Virus record (IMG/VR): IMGVR_UViG_3300015164_000001 | Location: 1 to 56,246 of that record | From: a virus | Lineage: Duplodnaviria; Caudoviricetes | Direction: 5' to 3' (one strand) | Length of the DNA stretch: 56,246 nucleotides | In this document: piece after piece, positions 44,689 to 54,598 of the stretch | Numbering within the stretch: the stretch's first letter is position 1 | Layout: each line of letters starts with the position of its first letter | Made by a program: the position numbers and the translations under genes | The notes under the pieces: generated by a model | Told to the model about the DNA's origin: nothing | The model's input: the letters and a program-made list of their open reading frames with translations, nothing else | The model's database searches: none

Positions 44689-45969
44689 ATGAGCTACGCC
44701 GGGAGTGCCATCGTCATCCGCGGCAACGCCTCCTGCCTGCCACTACCGGACGCGTCGATAGACATGATTTGCACCTCGCCTCCATATTTCGCCCTGCGTA
44801 GCTATCGCGACGGCGACGAGCACTACGACGGCCAGGTCGGCTCCGAGGCCACACCACAGGCGTTCCTCGAGGCACTGTGGGCCTGCACTGCGGAATGGTG
44901 GCGCGTGCTCAAGCCGACCGGGTCGCTGTGGGTCAATCTCGGCGACAAGTACGCGGGGAGCGGTGGCCACAACAACTCAGGGATCAGCGACAAGAGCACG
45001 CTGCGAGGGAATGGACACGTCGGCGGCGTAGGCGAGGCGGGCCCGACCAAGATCAAGTCGACGCTGCGCTCGGCTCCTGACCGCTACAACCAGGAGAGCG
45101 ACGGCATCCGCCCGAAGTCGCTCATGGGCCTGCCGTGGCGCTACGCCATCGGGTGCATCGACCGCGGGTGGATACTGCGACGCGACCTCGTGTGGAGCAA
45201 GCCCAACGGATTACCGGAGAGCGTCACCGACCGCTGCCGCTCGAGCCACGAGTACTGGTTTCATCTCACGAAGCAGGGGCGCTACTTCGCGGCGATGGAT
45301 GAGCTGCGGGAGGAACTAGCACCCAAGACGCTGACTCATCGCGGTGGCGGCGAATCATGGGGCAACGAATCGAACCCGGACAACAACTGGGGCGACGCCA
45401 AGGTTCGCACGCCTGACGCTAGGGGCAAGCTCCCCGGCTCGGTGTGGACGATCCCGATGGAGCCGCTGACGATCTCCGACGACGTGCGGGCGCACTACAA
45501 CCTGCCCGACCACTTCGCCGCCTTTCCTCAGGAGTGGCCGCGGCGGCTGATCCTCGGGTGGTCGCCGTCGGGCATCTGCGTCGAGTGTGGCGAGGGGCGG
45601 CGGCCGGTGGCATCGAAGGAGCTTGTCGGCGGGTCGCCAAAGGGCGAGCGGGACTACCGACGGCTTGCCAATGGGAGCAACGGCGGCGTGGAACGTCCGC
45701 TGCCTGGCGGAAGCAACGAGGTCACCATCACCGGCTACGCCTGCGCGTGTCCGACGCCGGACGCACCGAGCCGCCCAGCGGTCATCCTCGACCCCTTCGG
45801 CGGCACGGGCACTACCGCGGGCGTAGCGCGCACGCTCGGGCGCATCGGCATCTCCGTGGACCTGAGCATGGACTACTGCCGCCTCGCGAAGTGGAGGATC
45901 TTCCGCTCGGGCCACTTCGCCAAGACCGAGACCCGCACCCACGCCGACCGCGCGCAGGTGCTCTTCTAG
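44689..45969 (+). CDS. N4-C/N6-A DNA methyltransferase (beta class)
   Basis: TSPPY, NLGD, W.KPN..PESVTDR, HFAAFP, LDPFGGTGTT. Confidence 0.92.
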   Translation: MSYAGSAIVIRGNASCLPLPDASIDMICTSPPYFALRSYRDGDEHYDGQVGSEATPQAFLEALWACTAEWWRVLKPTGSLWVNLGDKYAGSGGHNNSGISDKSTLRGNGHVGGVGEAGPTKIKSTLRSAPDRYNQESDGIRPKSLMGLPWRYAIGCIDRGWILRRDLVWSKPNGLPESVTDRCRSSHEYWFHLTKQGRYFAAMDELREELAPKTLTHRGGGESWGNESNPDNNWGDAKVRTPDARGKLPGSVWTIPMEPLTISDDVRAHYNLPDHFAAFPQEWPRRLILGWSPSGICVECGEGRRPVASKELVGGSPKGERDYRRLANGSNGGVERPLPGGSNEVTITGYACACPTPDAPSRPAVILDPFGGTGTTAGVARTLGRIGISVDLSMDYCRLAKWRIFRSGHFAKTETRTHADRAQVLF

Positions 45970-46082
45970 CTCTGAACCACCGAAGACGAGCGGCGGGAGC
46001 GCCCCGCCCGACCCCCAGCCGATCACGCCCATGAAACGGCTCTCTGCAACGCGCGCAACGGTGACGCATACTCTGTAGTCCG

Positions 46083-46559
46083 ATGCCCCAACGCGCGTTC
46101 TACAGCGATGAGCAACGTGCCGAAGCGTTGCGGCTCTACGAAGAGGTAGGCCCAGCCGAAGCCTCCCGCCGCTGCGGTGTCCCGAATGCGACCATCCGGT
46201 CATGGGCGAGCCGCGCCGGCCTTGGCAACAGTGGTGAACCGAAAACCCTCCCCGCTCGCCAGCGTGCTTTGGAGCGATGGGAGACGAGACGGCTGACCGC
46301 GGCCGACGAGTTCGGGGACGCGGCGGCGCAGATGCGCGAGCACGCGCTCAAGGCGGCCAAGGCCAAGGATGAGAAGATGCTTCGGGCCTCGGCGGTGGCC
46401 GCCGGGATCTTCACTGACAAGGCTCAGCTCCTGAGCGGCAACCCGACGGAACGACTGGACTGGGCCAAGCAGGCGACGAGCGACGAGCGAGCCCAACGCC
46501 TCGCCGGCCTGGTGGATGAACTGGCAAAGCGGCGGGAGGCCAAAGCCGCCGAGCAGTGA
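46083..46559 (+). CDS. Terminase small subunit (HTH)
   Basis: N-terminal HTH, GI..DK..LL.G.PT; directly upstream of the large subunit; TACTCT at 46069. Confidence 0.75.
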   Translation: MPQRAFYSDEQRAEALRLYEEVGPAEASRRCGVPNATIRSWASRAGLGNSGEPKTLPARQRALERWETRRLTAADEFGDAAAQMREHALKAAKAKDEKMLRASAVAAGIFTDKAQLLSGNPTERLDWAKQATSDERAQRLAGLVDELAKRREAKAAEQ

Positions 46560-47929
46560 CCACCGCGGAAGCCCTGGCCGCGCTCCTGCCTTATGCCACC
46601 CCCGACGAACTGAACGAACTGGACCTGCTTGTTGCCTTGGCCGAGGAGGACCGGCGCCGAGCCGAGTCCGAAGCCCCCGAGCGCGGACGATGGGAACCCC
46701 TGCCCCATCAGATTCCACCCGAAGGCGACTGGCGCTACTGGATGCTCCTCGCCGGCCGTGGCTCGGGCAAAACCGACGCCTGCGCGGCGTACTTCGACGA
46801 CTACCTGAGCACCCACCCCGGCGAGCGCGGGCGCATCATCGCTCCGACGATCGGTGACGCGCGAGAGGCGTGCGTGGAAGGGCCATCGGGCATCCTGGCC
46901 CACAATCGGTCTGTCCAGTTCAATCGGTCATGGGGAGAGCTCACCTGGCCCAACGGTGCCCGGGCCCGGATCTTCGGCGCCTTCACGCCGAACGACGTAG
47001 AGCGTCTGCGCGCTGGCGGCAATGCGAACCTCGACTGGTACGAGGAACTGGCGGCTTGGCGGCAGATGGAGGATGCATGGCGACAAGCCGACCTCGGATT
47101 GCGCCTCGGCTGGCGACCGCATGGGGTCATCTCGACCACGCCCAAGCCGCGCCCGCTCATCCGTCGCCTGGTGGAGCAGTTCGCCAATGGTGATCCCCTG
47201 GTGGCGATCACGAAGGCGGCGACCTACGACAACCCCCATCTGGATGCCTCGGTGCGCGAGCGGTTCCGCCAGCAGTACGAGGGGACGCGCCTCGGGCGCC
47301 AGGAGTTGGACGCCGAGATCCTCGAGGACGTAGAAGGCGCTCTGTGGTCATGGGAGATGCTCGAAAAGCCGGGCGCGCGCATCCTGCCAGGGGAGGCACC
47401 GGGAATGCGGCGGGTGGTCGTGGCCGTCGACCCGTCCTGGGGCACGACGCACGACGAGTGCGGGATCGTCGTCGCGGGTGTGGGCTTCGACGGTCGTGGC
47501 TATGTGCTGGACGACCGCTCAGCGCGCACGACACCATCGGCCTGGGGCGCCATTGTGAAGGACGCTTATCACCATTGGGAGGCCGATCGCATCCTGGCCG
47601 AGGTCAACTTCCAAGCCGAGCAGGTGCGTCTCGTCATGCAAACGACCGACCCCCATCTGCCCTATCAGGAGCTACGGGTGAGCCGCTCCAAGGTGCTCCG
47701 GGCCGAGCCCGTTGTCGCGCTCTACGAGCAAGGGCGCGTGAGTCACGTCGGGCGCTTCGCCGGCCTGGAGCAGCAGATGACGGAATGGGTGCCCGGAGAG
47801 TCCGACATCTCGCCGGACCGCGTCGACGCGCTGGTGTTCGCCCTCTCCGCGCTCATGCTCGACGCAGGTGGGCCGGGCGGATCGGCGGCGGACTATCTCG
47901 CCAACGCGGCTTCGTGGAGGCGGCGCTGA
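46556..47929 (+). CDS. Terminase large subunit
   Basis: AGRGSGKT, YEELAAW, STTPKP, RQEL, VAVDP, SPDRVDA. Confidence 0.95.
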   Translation: MTTAEALAALLPYATPDELNELDLLVALAEEDRRRAESEAPERGRWEPLPHQIPPEGDWRYWMLLAGRGSGKTDACAAYFDDYLSTHPGERGRIIAPTIGDAREACVEGPSGILAHNRSVQFNRSWGELTWPNGARARIFGAFTPNDVERLRAGGNANLDWYEELAAWRQMEDAWRQADLGLRLGWRPHGVISTTPKPRPLIRRLVEQFANGDPLVAITKAATYDNPHLDASVRERFRQQYEGTRLGRQELDAEILEDVEGALWSWEMLEKPGARILPGEAPGMRRVVVAVDPSWGTTHDECGIVVAGVGFDGRGYVLDDRSARTTPSAWGAIVKDAYHHWEADRILAEVNFQAEQVRLVMQTTDPHLPYQELRVSRSKVLRAEPVVALYEQGRVSHVGRFAGLEQQMTEWVPGESDISPDRVDALVFALSALMLDAGGPGGSAADYLANAASWRRR

Positions 47930-47992
47930 AGGCGGGTAGAGTGAGGCTACGGCTGAAGGTCCGGCCGAGTACCCAACACGAACGGAGAAGTC

Positions 47993-48319
47993 ATGTCCGA
48001 AACACCCCGCTCCATCTCGCCCGCCCTGACGGTGGACGCGCCGAAGTCCCTCGTGGATCACCTAGCCGAGGCCCGCGGTGATCTGAATGTGGCATGGCTC
48101 GCGCTGTCGACGGTGCGCTACATGCTCGATCCTGAGGGCATCCCGGTGGCCGATGGTGTAGTGCCCGATCCCCACACTGTGGCGCAGCTCGCATCCGACA
48201 TTGCCGCGCGATCGCGCGCTTTGGTTGAGCTGGCCTGCACCTGCCGCGGCCTGCTGGGCGAGTTCTACCCCGATGCGGTCCCGCAATCCTCCGAATGGCC
48301 GGACGCGGCGGTAGTCTGA
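47993..48319 (+). CDS. Hypothetical protein
   Basis: GGAG SD. Confidence 0.55.
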   Translation: MSETPRSISPALTVDAPKSLVDHLAEARGDLNVAWLALSTVRYMLDPEGIPVADGVVPDPHTVAQLASDIAARSRALVELACTCRGLLGEFYPDAVPQSSEWPDAAVV

Positions 48320-48388
48320 GGCCACAACGAAATGTGCTCCCGCCTCGGGGTGAACCGAGCGGGAGCGTGACCGGAAGGGTTGGTTCCG

Positions 48389-49027
48389 ATGGCTCGAAAG
48401 ACTACCCGTGCAGAATCCGAATTGCGCGATGAGTTGGCGAATATGGCTGACGCCGCTGATTGGACCGTCACCAAGGAATATCGTCTGACTCTTGCTGACA
48501 AGAGGGAATGGGGCCGAGTCGACCTGCTGCTGGAGAGAGACGGGCGAACGGTCGTGGTGGAGTGCAAGCGTGGAATCCATCGTCTGCGCGAACTGCGTCA
48601 AGCGCTGGAGCAAGTATCGGGTTATGGCCGATGGATGCACGCCGACGAGACGTGGTTGATATGCGACGCCACTGGCTTTGCATCCGGGTTCATGTTGGAG
48701 GGGATCTACAACGTCCGACTCGGCACGCCGCGCGACTTCATTGCTTGGACCGGAATGGAATTAGACGCGCCGGCGCCACCTGAGCCAGAGATGATGAAGG
48801 TCTACATCTGGACCATTGCAGCGAATGGTGCCGACTCCTTCGCTATTCGCCGCCTCATGGATACTCTGCATGAAGGGCTGTTGTTCGTCGAGGGGGCTCG
48901 TGAATGGCACCTGGACTACGAGTTGCCATGGGCCTACGAACGCAAACTGAGGCGATGGGGCGCCGTTGTTACAGAGATAGAAGTTGCGCAGGGATCCTAC
49001 GATCCGAATTATCGGATGTGGCCGTGA
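48389..49027 (+). CDS. PD-(D/E)xK nuclease-like protein
   Basis: EY...GRVDLL...VVECK...Q..GY; lower GC. Confidence 0.7.
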   Translation: MARKTTRAESELRDELANMADAADWTVTKEYRLTLADKREWGRVDLLLERDGRTVVVECKRGIHRLRELRQALEQVSGYGRWMHADETWLICDATGFASGFMLEGIYNVRLGTPRDFIAWTGMELDAPAPPEPEMMKVYIWTIAANGADSFAIRRLMDTLHEGLLFVEGAREWHLDYELPWAYERKLRRWGAVVTEIEVAQGSYDPNYRMWP

Positions 49028-49224
49028 CCCGACCATGGAATTGGAAGACACGAGTCATCCATCCCCCCGCCCCGAGGCCCGCGGGCAAGGCCGACTGCCC
49101 CGGCTGCCGCGCGCTGGTCGATGAGATCGGGCGTTATCGCCCAGGCTTCTGTGGGCCAGATTGTGCGGTCAAGGCGGCGCGCGATGCCTGGATCAAGAGC
49201 AGCGGATGACCGCGACTTCGCCGA

Positions 49225-49241
49225 GTCCAACGCGCTAGAGT
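49225..49241 (+). promoter_or_regulatory. 17-bp motif copy 8
   Basis: 6 nt before ATG 49248. Confidence 0.75.
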
Positions 49242-49247
49242 CGGCGC

Positions 49248-49757
49248 ATGACAACGACCCCCGAACTACGAGAGCAGGCCCGCCAAGCCTCATCGCGTTG
49301 GCTGCGCTCTAGTCCGCCCGAGCCAGCGTGGAAGGCGAAGAACAGCGCTGCACTCGCCGACGAAGCCATCGACGCCATCACGGGACGCATAGCCGACGCC
49401 GCATCGGACGTGTGGCAGCCCGAGGTCGAGCGCCTGCGGGCCGAGAACGAACGGCTCGACGCCGCCATGGCAGATCGACGCTATGCGACCGTCTATGAGC
49501 GCACTGCGTGGATGCATGACACAGGCGAGCACAAGGACAGCGAGTTTCCCTACGGCTATTGCCCACGCTGCGAGGTAGAGCATCCCGAAGGGCTGGTTGC
49601 CCAACTGCGGGCCAGAGCGATCCCCGCCGAGGACGCGGCGCTGGTGGCGAAGCATCTGCGGTTCACCGCTGGTCTGATGGGGCGCAACGTCGAGACTGAG
49701 CGCCGTCGCCTGCTGGCGATTGCCGAGCAACTGACGAAGGGGAGCACCGATGCCTGA
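49248..49757 (+). CDS. Hypothetical coiled-coil protein
   Basis: Leaderless; partial paralog of 43163..43351. Confidence 0.65.
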   Translation: MTTTPELREQARQASSRWLRSSPPEPAWKAKNSAALADEAIDAITGRIADAASDVWQPEVERLRAENERLDAAMADRRYATVYERTAWMHDTGEHKDSEFPYGYCPRCEVEHPEGLVAQLRARAIPAEDAALVAKHLRFTAGLMGRNVETERRRLLAIAEQLTKGSTDA

Positions 49758-50031
49758 GCAGCCAACACTCCACGACGCCATCGCCGCAGCACCGTGTATC
49801 CATGCCGCCGTTTATCAAGGCAGTTTCACGCGGCGTGACGGTTCTTATTCAACTGAGTACGAAGACAAAGGCTGTGCAGCCGGTGGTCGCAAGTTGCGCC
49901 AACATCCTGAGTGCGTTACCGCCGCCGTCATCGCTTGGCTGGACGAGCAGAAGTTATGGGATTGCGTCGATCGGAACTGTTCCGGGCGCACCATCGCCAC
50001 CTTGAAGCAACGAGCAGGAGGCGAGTCGTGA
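49750..50031 (+). CDS. Hypothetical protein
   Basis: GGGGAG SD. Confidence 0.55.
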   Translation: MPEQPTLHDAIAAAPCIHAAVYQGSFTRRDGSYSTEYEDKGCAAGGRKLRQHPECVTAAVIAWLDEQKLWDCVDRNCSGRTIATLKQRAGGES

Positions 50032-50291
50032 CCAGCGACGACACGGCATTGGTAGCGCGAGCGTTGCGCTTCGCAGCAGGGAACGTGCATTTCGGCTCTT
50101 GGGTTCAAGCTCAGGCAGTGACCGACCTAGCCCGCCAACTGGAATCCGGCGAGGTCGTGCTGATGCGGGCGCTGGACTTTGCGGCGATCCGTGAGGAAGT
50201 CCGTCAAGTGACGAACCGAACATTTCATGCCGAGACAGTTGCTGCTACTTCGAATGTGTGGCAAAAGGCGATCGAGAAGGCGATGCAGTGA
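50028..50291 (+). CDS. Hypothetical protein
   Basis: AGGAGG SD; GTGA overlap. Confidence 0.55.
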   Translation: MTSDDTALVARALRFAAGNVHFGSWVQAQAVTDLARQLESGEVVLMRALDFAAIREEVRQVTNRTFHAETVAATSNVWQKAIEKAMQ

Positions 50292-50512
50292 GCACTGGGG
50301 CCGTAGAGGAGCACGCCCATGCATGGCAGGCGCATGGACTCGTGCGGGAGCGCGCGGAGCAATGCTCGCCCTGCTCAAGGTTGGATGATGTGCTCTATAA
50401 CGCCGTGTTTGCCGTCCAGTCCTGCGCTTGCGGGAAGGTCAAGCGGACCCACGTCGCCAACGAGAATATGCGTCGTCGTGGCGATGATCTACGGAAGGCA
50501 GCGCGGCGATGA
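50288..50512 (+). CDS. Hypothetical protein
   Basis: GTGA overlap. Confidence 0.5.
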   Translation: MSTGAVEEHAHAWQAHGLVRERAEQCSPCSRLDDVLYNAVFAVQSCACGKVKRTHVANENMRRRGDDLRKAARR

Positions 50513-50865
50513 CCGGTTCCGCATTTCTCGTACTCGCGACCATCGCCCTCGCGTCTTATCGCGTGCAGCGCTTCATCACCGCCGACTCCCTGACCGATCC
50601 GCTACGTGCCTGGCTTTGGAACCGCGCGTTCACCGAGGGGGGCTACGACGCGCAGGCCGACCGCATGACGATCGTGAAGCGGTCGCGGGCATGGTGGTAT
50701 CCCTACGAACTGCTGCGGTGCTCCTGGTGCTCCGGCGTGTGGACGAGCGCCGCGGGATTCGCGCTCTGGACCTGGGCGCCGTGGTCGTGGCTCTGGCATC
50801 CTGCCGTGATGATCGCAGCCGTCTCAGGGATTCAAGGATTCATCGGATCGAGAAAGGACGCGTGA
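50509..50865 (+). CDS. DUF1360-like membrane protein
   Basis: YRV.RFIT.D....PLR, LL.C.WC.GVW. Confidence 0.75.
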   Translation: MTGSAFLVLATIALASYRVQRFITADSLTDPLRAWLWNRAFTEGGYDAQADRMTIVKRSRAWWYPYELLRCSWCSGVWTSAAGFALWTWAPWSWLWHPAVMIAAVSGIQGFIGSRKDA

Positions 50866-51479
50866 TGGAAGAGATCGTCGAACGCCTCTGGCGGAAGATT
50901 GCCGCGGCCGGATGGATGATCGACGTGCTGCTGGTCACCGCTACGCCCGAAGAGAATCCAGAGCATTCCGGGATGTTCTGCGTCCGCATCGGCCAGAACC
51001 AGGGCTACGGATGGACGGCTCCGAGGAACGGCCAGAGCATCTATCGCCCGACTCTCGTGGACGCCATGACCGAGGCTGACGGATTCGTGGAGGTATGGCT
51101 GAGGCCGTGGGCGTTCGACACCGATCGCCCCACTGACGCGCGGGACGTGGACATCTTCACCGCGGATGAGGACCAGATCTGGCTGGGCCGGATGTCGTAT
51201 CGCGAAGTCGCCCAGCGTGTGGTGGACGATCACAACGCATCGCTTGAGGGAGGGGACCACCGCGAGCAAGCCGACACCATGGCCGCGCGAGGGTTGCTGT
51301 CGCCTGAGCAGGCAAGCGAAGGGATCACGGCCGAGCGCGTGCAGGTCGGGTGGGTCCGCTTCGACGGCGACGAGTTCCACGACTTCCGCTACTTCAGTCC
51401 CGACGATCGACACCGTTCGGTCATCATCGCCGCGCTGAACGGCCTCCCCGTCTACGTCGACCGAACGGAGGGCATGTGA
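50865..51479 (+). CDS. Hypothetical protein
   Basis: AAAGGA SD; ATG overlapping the upstream stop. Confidence 0.55.
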   Translation: MEEIVERLWRKIAAAGWMIDVLLVTATPEENPEHSGMFCVRIGQNQGYGWTAPRNGQSIYRPTLVDAMTEADGFVEVWLRPWAFDTDRPTDARDVDIFTADEDQIWLGRMSYREVAQRVVDDHNASLEGGDHREQADTMAARGLLSPEQASEGITAERVQVGWVRFDGDEFHDFRYFSPDDRHRSVIIAALNGLPVYVDRTEGM

Positions 51480-51646
51480 TGGCAAGGTTCAGGATCACGC
51501 CGCTAGCTGGCGAGCCCTTCGTTGTGGAGGCCGACAGCGCGGGTGAGGCGAGGCGAAAGGGCCATGAGCAGATGCGCGGCGAGAAGCGGAGCGGGACCGT
51601 CATCTGGCGTTGCGACGAACTGACCCGGACAGGAGAATCCGCATGA
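51479..51646 (+). CDS. Small hypothetical protein
   Basis: GGAGG SD; V.A.SAGEAR motif. Confidence 0.55.
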   Translation: MARFRITPLAGEPFVVEADSAGEARRKGHEQMRGEKRSGTVIWRCDELTRTGESA

Positions 51647-51852
51647 AGCGCGCCGTGCAAGCCGTGACCCTCCTCGCCATCGCGCTCTGGCTGGCCTGCT
51701 TCGCCTCCGCGCAGTTCGCCATATGGAACACCGCGCGGCGCGGGGACTGGACTATCGAGTTCTGGACGTTCGGCGGCTTCGCGGCAGCGTTGTCGTTGCT
51801 CGCGTGGGCCGGCTGGGCGCTGCTTCCGCCTCCGGAGCCGCCCGCGTCCTGA
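51643..51852 (+). CDS. Small membrane protein
   Basis: AGGAG SD; two hydrophobic helices. Confidence 0.55.
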   Translation: MKRAVQAVTLLAIALWLACFASAQFAIWNTARRGDWTIEFWTFGGFAAALSLLAWAGWALLPPPEPPAS

Positions 51853-51927
51853 CCCCTCGGCGCGTCAGGCGTTACGCTCGCGCTCATCGCCTACTGGTCC
51901 AAGCCGCGCCCGCGCCCGAACCCCAAC

Positions 51928-53490
51928 GTGCCGCGCGTACTCAACGCGCAACCTCAGGCGCAGACAGCGGCGGTGAGGGTCGCTGGTCAAAAGTGGAGCC
52001 ACGTTGCTGCTCGGACTCATCAGGCGTGGCAGGACCGGGCAGACTTCTTCAGCGACAATCTCGGACTAGTCCGCTTCAGCAATGGGCTCCTGGCCCAGGC
52101 CGGCGCCCGGTGCATCCTCACCGTGGAGAAGCTCGTCGATCCCATCGGCGACATATGGGAGCCGATCGACGAACGGTTGGACCGCGTGCCGGCGGAGGTC
52201 CTGCGTCAATATAAGGGGAAGTACCACGAGACGCCCGGCGACCTCGTGGCCGCGCAGATCTGGCATTACAAGAGCAGAGGTTCGGCGTGGCTCACCGTCG
52301 CGGCCGACCCCGATGGCGGCCTCGACTGGGGCATCCGATCGGATCGAGCGATGGACTTCCGCACCCACGACGTGAGGGTCATGGATCTTCCGGGTGGCTC
52401 GATCGCAGACGGGACCGCCTTTATCCTCCCTCGAGAGCAGGTTGTGCGCCTATGGCAGCCGGACCCGACGTGGCCCCTGTATGCGACGAGCCACATGAAG
52501 GGAGTTATCGCGGACTGTGAGCGGTACTGGGCGCTGGCCCGACGCATCCGCCGCGAGGCCGAATCGGTACTCATGAACGGACTGCTGTTCACGCCGGACT
52601 ACGCGCATCCACCCCGCCGCACCAGCGGTGACCTTTCGCCTGACGATCAGCTTTCCAAGTTCGACGAGGACCTGTACCGCATCGCCGAGATGGCCTGGCA
52701 CGACGACGACTCCGTAGCGGCTATCGCGCCTCTGAGCGTTCACTACGGCTCGCCGAACAACTCGCGCGACCCGATGGCCCCGACCTACGTCTACCCCGGC
52801 CGGGTACTCGATCCCAACGGCATCAAGTACCGCGAGGAGGCGGCGGAGAACATCGCCCGCGGGCTCGACCTGCCGACGCAGTTGGCCATTGGTGGCGCGG
52901 GGATGACCAAGCAGGGGGCGGGCGGGCATTGGGCAAGCTGGCTTCTCGAAGAGAGCTTCGTCAAGACGGCCATCAGCCCGACGATGGACAAGGTGACCCA
53001 CGCCGATCTCACCGCCGCCATGTTCCGCCCGACGCTGCGCAAGCTGGCCGAGCAGGGCGCTTGGAACGGCAACGAGAACCTCTACCGCGTGGGCTATGAC
53101 CCGACGCCGATCATCGTGCATCCCGACCGGGGCGCGACGGCGATCACGATGTACGGCGCCGGGCTCCTGCGGTCGCTGCCTGTCCTCGAGGCCAACGGCT
53201 TCAATCCCTCCGACGCCCCCTCGGCGGAGGAACTGGCCCAGATCATCGAATCACTGCGCGGCATCCACGGTCGCCAGGCGGAGCCGATCACGCTCACTAC
53301 GGGCCCGCTCGGACTGGCCCAGGACCAGGGGATTTCGGGACCGGGCGCGCAAGGGCTGACGGCCGTGGGGCCGAGCAATGTGCGCGAACTGCCGCCGGGC
53401 TCGCCGACCATGGCCGCGCTGTCCTCCGCCTTGACGCCTCACGCGACCGAGGTAGAAGCATGGCTCGACGACGCGTGGGTGCCCGTCTAG
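51928..53490 (+). CDS. Portal protein
   Basis: WQ..A, R.W.P.P, R.EA...IA.GLD.P, HW.SW...E...K..I.P as in cluster-B-like portals. Confidence 0.8.
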   Translation: MPRVLNAQPQAQTAAVRVAGQKWSHVAARTHQAWQDRADFFSDNLGLVRFSNGLLAQAGARCILTVEKLVDPIGDIWEPIDERLDRVPAEVLRQYKGKYHETPGDLVAAQIWHYKSRGSAWLTVAADPDGGLDWGIRSDRAMDFRTHDVRVMDLPGGSIADGTAFILPREQVVRLWQPDPTWPLYATSHMKGVIADCERYWALARRIRREAESVLMNGLLFTPDYAHPPRRTSGDLSPDDQLSKFDEDLYRIAEMAWHDDDSVAAIAPLSVHYGSPNNSRDPMAPTYVYPGRVLDPNGIKYREEAAENIARGLDLPTQLAIGGAGMTKQGAGGHWASWLLEESFVKTAISPTMDKVTHADLTAAMFRPTLRKLAEQGAWNGNENLYRVGYDPTPIIVHPDRGATAITMYGAGLLRSLPVLEANGFNPSDAPSAEELAQIIESLRGIHGRQAEPITLTTGPLGLAQDQGISGPGAQGLTAVGPSNVRELPPGSPTMAALSSALTPHATEVEAWLDDAWVPV

Positions 53491-53571
53491 GGGCTAGTCT
53501 CTAGAGCGGTCGGCCTGGCGTACGCCCGTCGCATCCATGTCGAGTAGGAAGTCAACGACAAGGAGATAGCG

Positions 53572-53898
53572 ATGATTCGTGCCAAGTTCTTTATCCGAAC
53601 GACTTCGGCCTACGCCGTGGGCAATGGGTCCGTGGAGTTGATACCGGCCACCCGCGGTGCTGAGAACGCGCAATGGGCTGCAGCCACGCCCTCGGGCAAG
53701 ATCGAGATGACGATCAATAACCCTCCGGCTTTCCAGTGGTTCGTGGATCGCCTCGGCCGCGAGGTCTACATCGACATCACCGAGGCCGATGACTTCACCG
53801 ATCCCAAGACGCACGACTTCGTGCTCTTCGAGCAGGAAGGGCACTACAACAGCGGCCGGTGCCTGCACTGTTCGATGGACGAGGCGGCGCACGCGTGA
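53572..53898 (+). CDS. Conserved phage protein
   Basis: RAKF...EN..W..ATPSG.I.M.I.NP; AAGGAG SD. Confidence 0.7.
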   Translation: MIRAKFFIRTTSAYAVGNGSVELIPATRGAENAQWAAATPSGKIEMTINNPPAFQWFVDRLGREVYIDITEADDFTDPKTHDFVLFEQEGHYNSGRCLHCSMDEAAHA

Positions 53899-54098
53899 CG
53901 GAGGATCGCACGCCGTCGCGCCTGCGGCCACGTCGAGAGCGGGCTGTGGCGAGCGGCTTCAACTGGCTCCCGCCAGAGCAGGTGCCCGGCGCCATCTTGC
54001 CTGCGTCAGTGCAGCGGGAGTTGCAGGAGAAGCTCCGTCGTTTCACCGAGCACAACCAGCGTGCGCGCGTGGAAGGAGCGTCCTATGTCATCTACTGA
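53895..54098 (+). CDS. Hypothetical protein
   Basis: GTGA overlap. Confidence 0.45.
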   Translation: MTEDRTPSRLRPRRERAVASGFNWLPPEQVPGAILPASVQRELQEKLRRFTEHNQRARVEGASYVIY

Positions 54099-54372
54099 CC
54101 GAGGATGGGAGTGCCCCGTCTGCCATGCGTGCTACGCGCCACACATCGCACGGTGCGTCGACTGCCCGCCAGCGAAGCCGCTGCGCGAGCGGGTCAGCTA
54201 TCCGGGGATCCGATTCCCCAAGCCGGACGAGACACCGCCAGAAGTGGTACGGAACCTCGTGCTTCAGCAACAGATCAAGCAACGACGGGCAGACATGGGC
54301 TTCCACCAGCGGCTCAACCACCGGATGCACGTCGATAGGTCCGTTCTTGACCGGCTAGCCACACAGGACTGA
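54085..54372 (+). CDS. Small Zn-ribbon protein
   Basis: GWECPVC...YAP....C..C; AAGGAG SD. Confidence 0.6.
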   Translation: MSSTDRGWECPVCHACYAPHIARCVDCPPAKPLRERVSYPGIRFPKPDETPPEVVRNLVLQQQIKQRRADMGFHQRLNHRMHVDRSVLDRLATQD

Positions 54373-54581
54373 TGCCCGCGTCGCGCTGGACATGGCGACC
54401 GCGGGCTGAACTGTGGGACGACCGCATCGCTCACATCGAACTCGACGCCGATGCTTTCGACACACCGGACGGTGACAACGACGACGTGGCACGGCTCGTG
54501 CTGACGGCGCCGCGCGATCGCTGTCGCCTGCCGTGCGATTCGCTCAAGGTGCACGAGATAGACCCCGGAGCCCGGCTCTAG
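54372..54581 (+). CDS. Hypothetical protein
   Basis: TGATG overlap. Confidence 0.45.
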   Translation: MPASRWTWRPRAELWDDRIAHIELDADAFDTPDGDNDDVARLVLTAPRDRCRLPCDSLKVHEIDPGARL

Positions 54582-54598
54582 GCGTACGCTCGCAGTCA

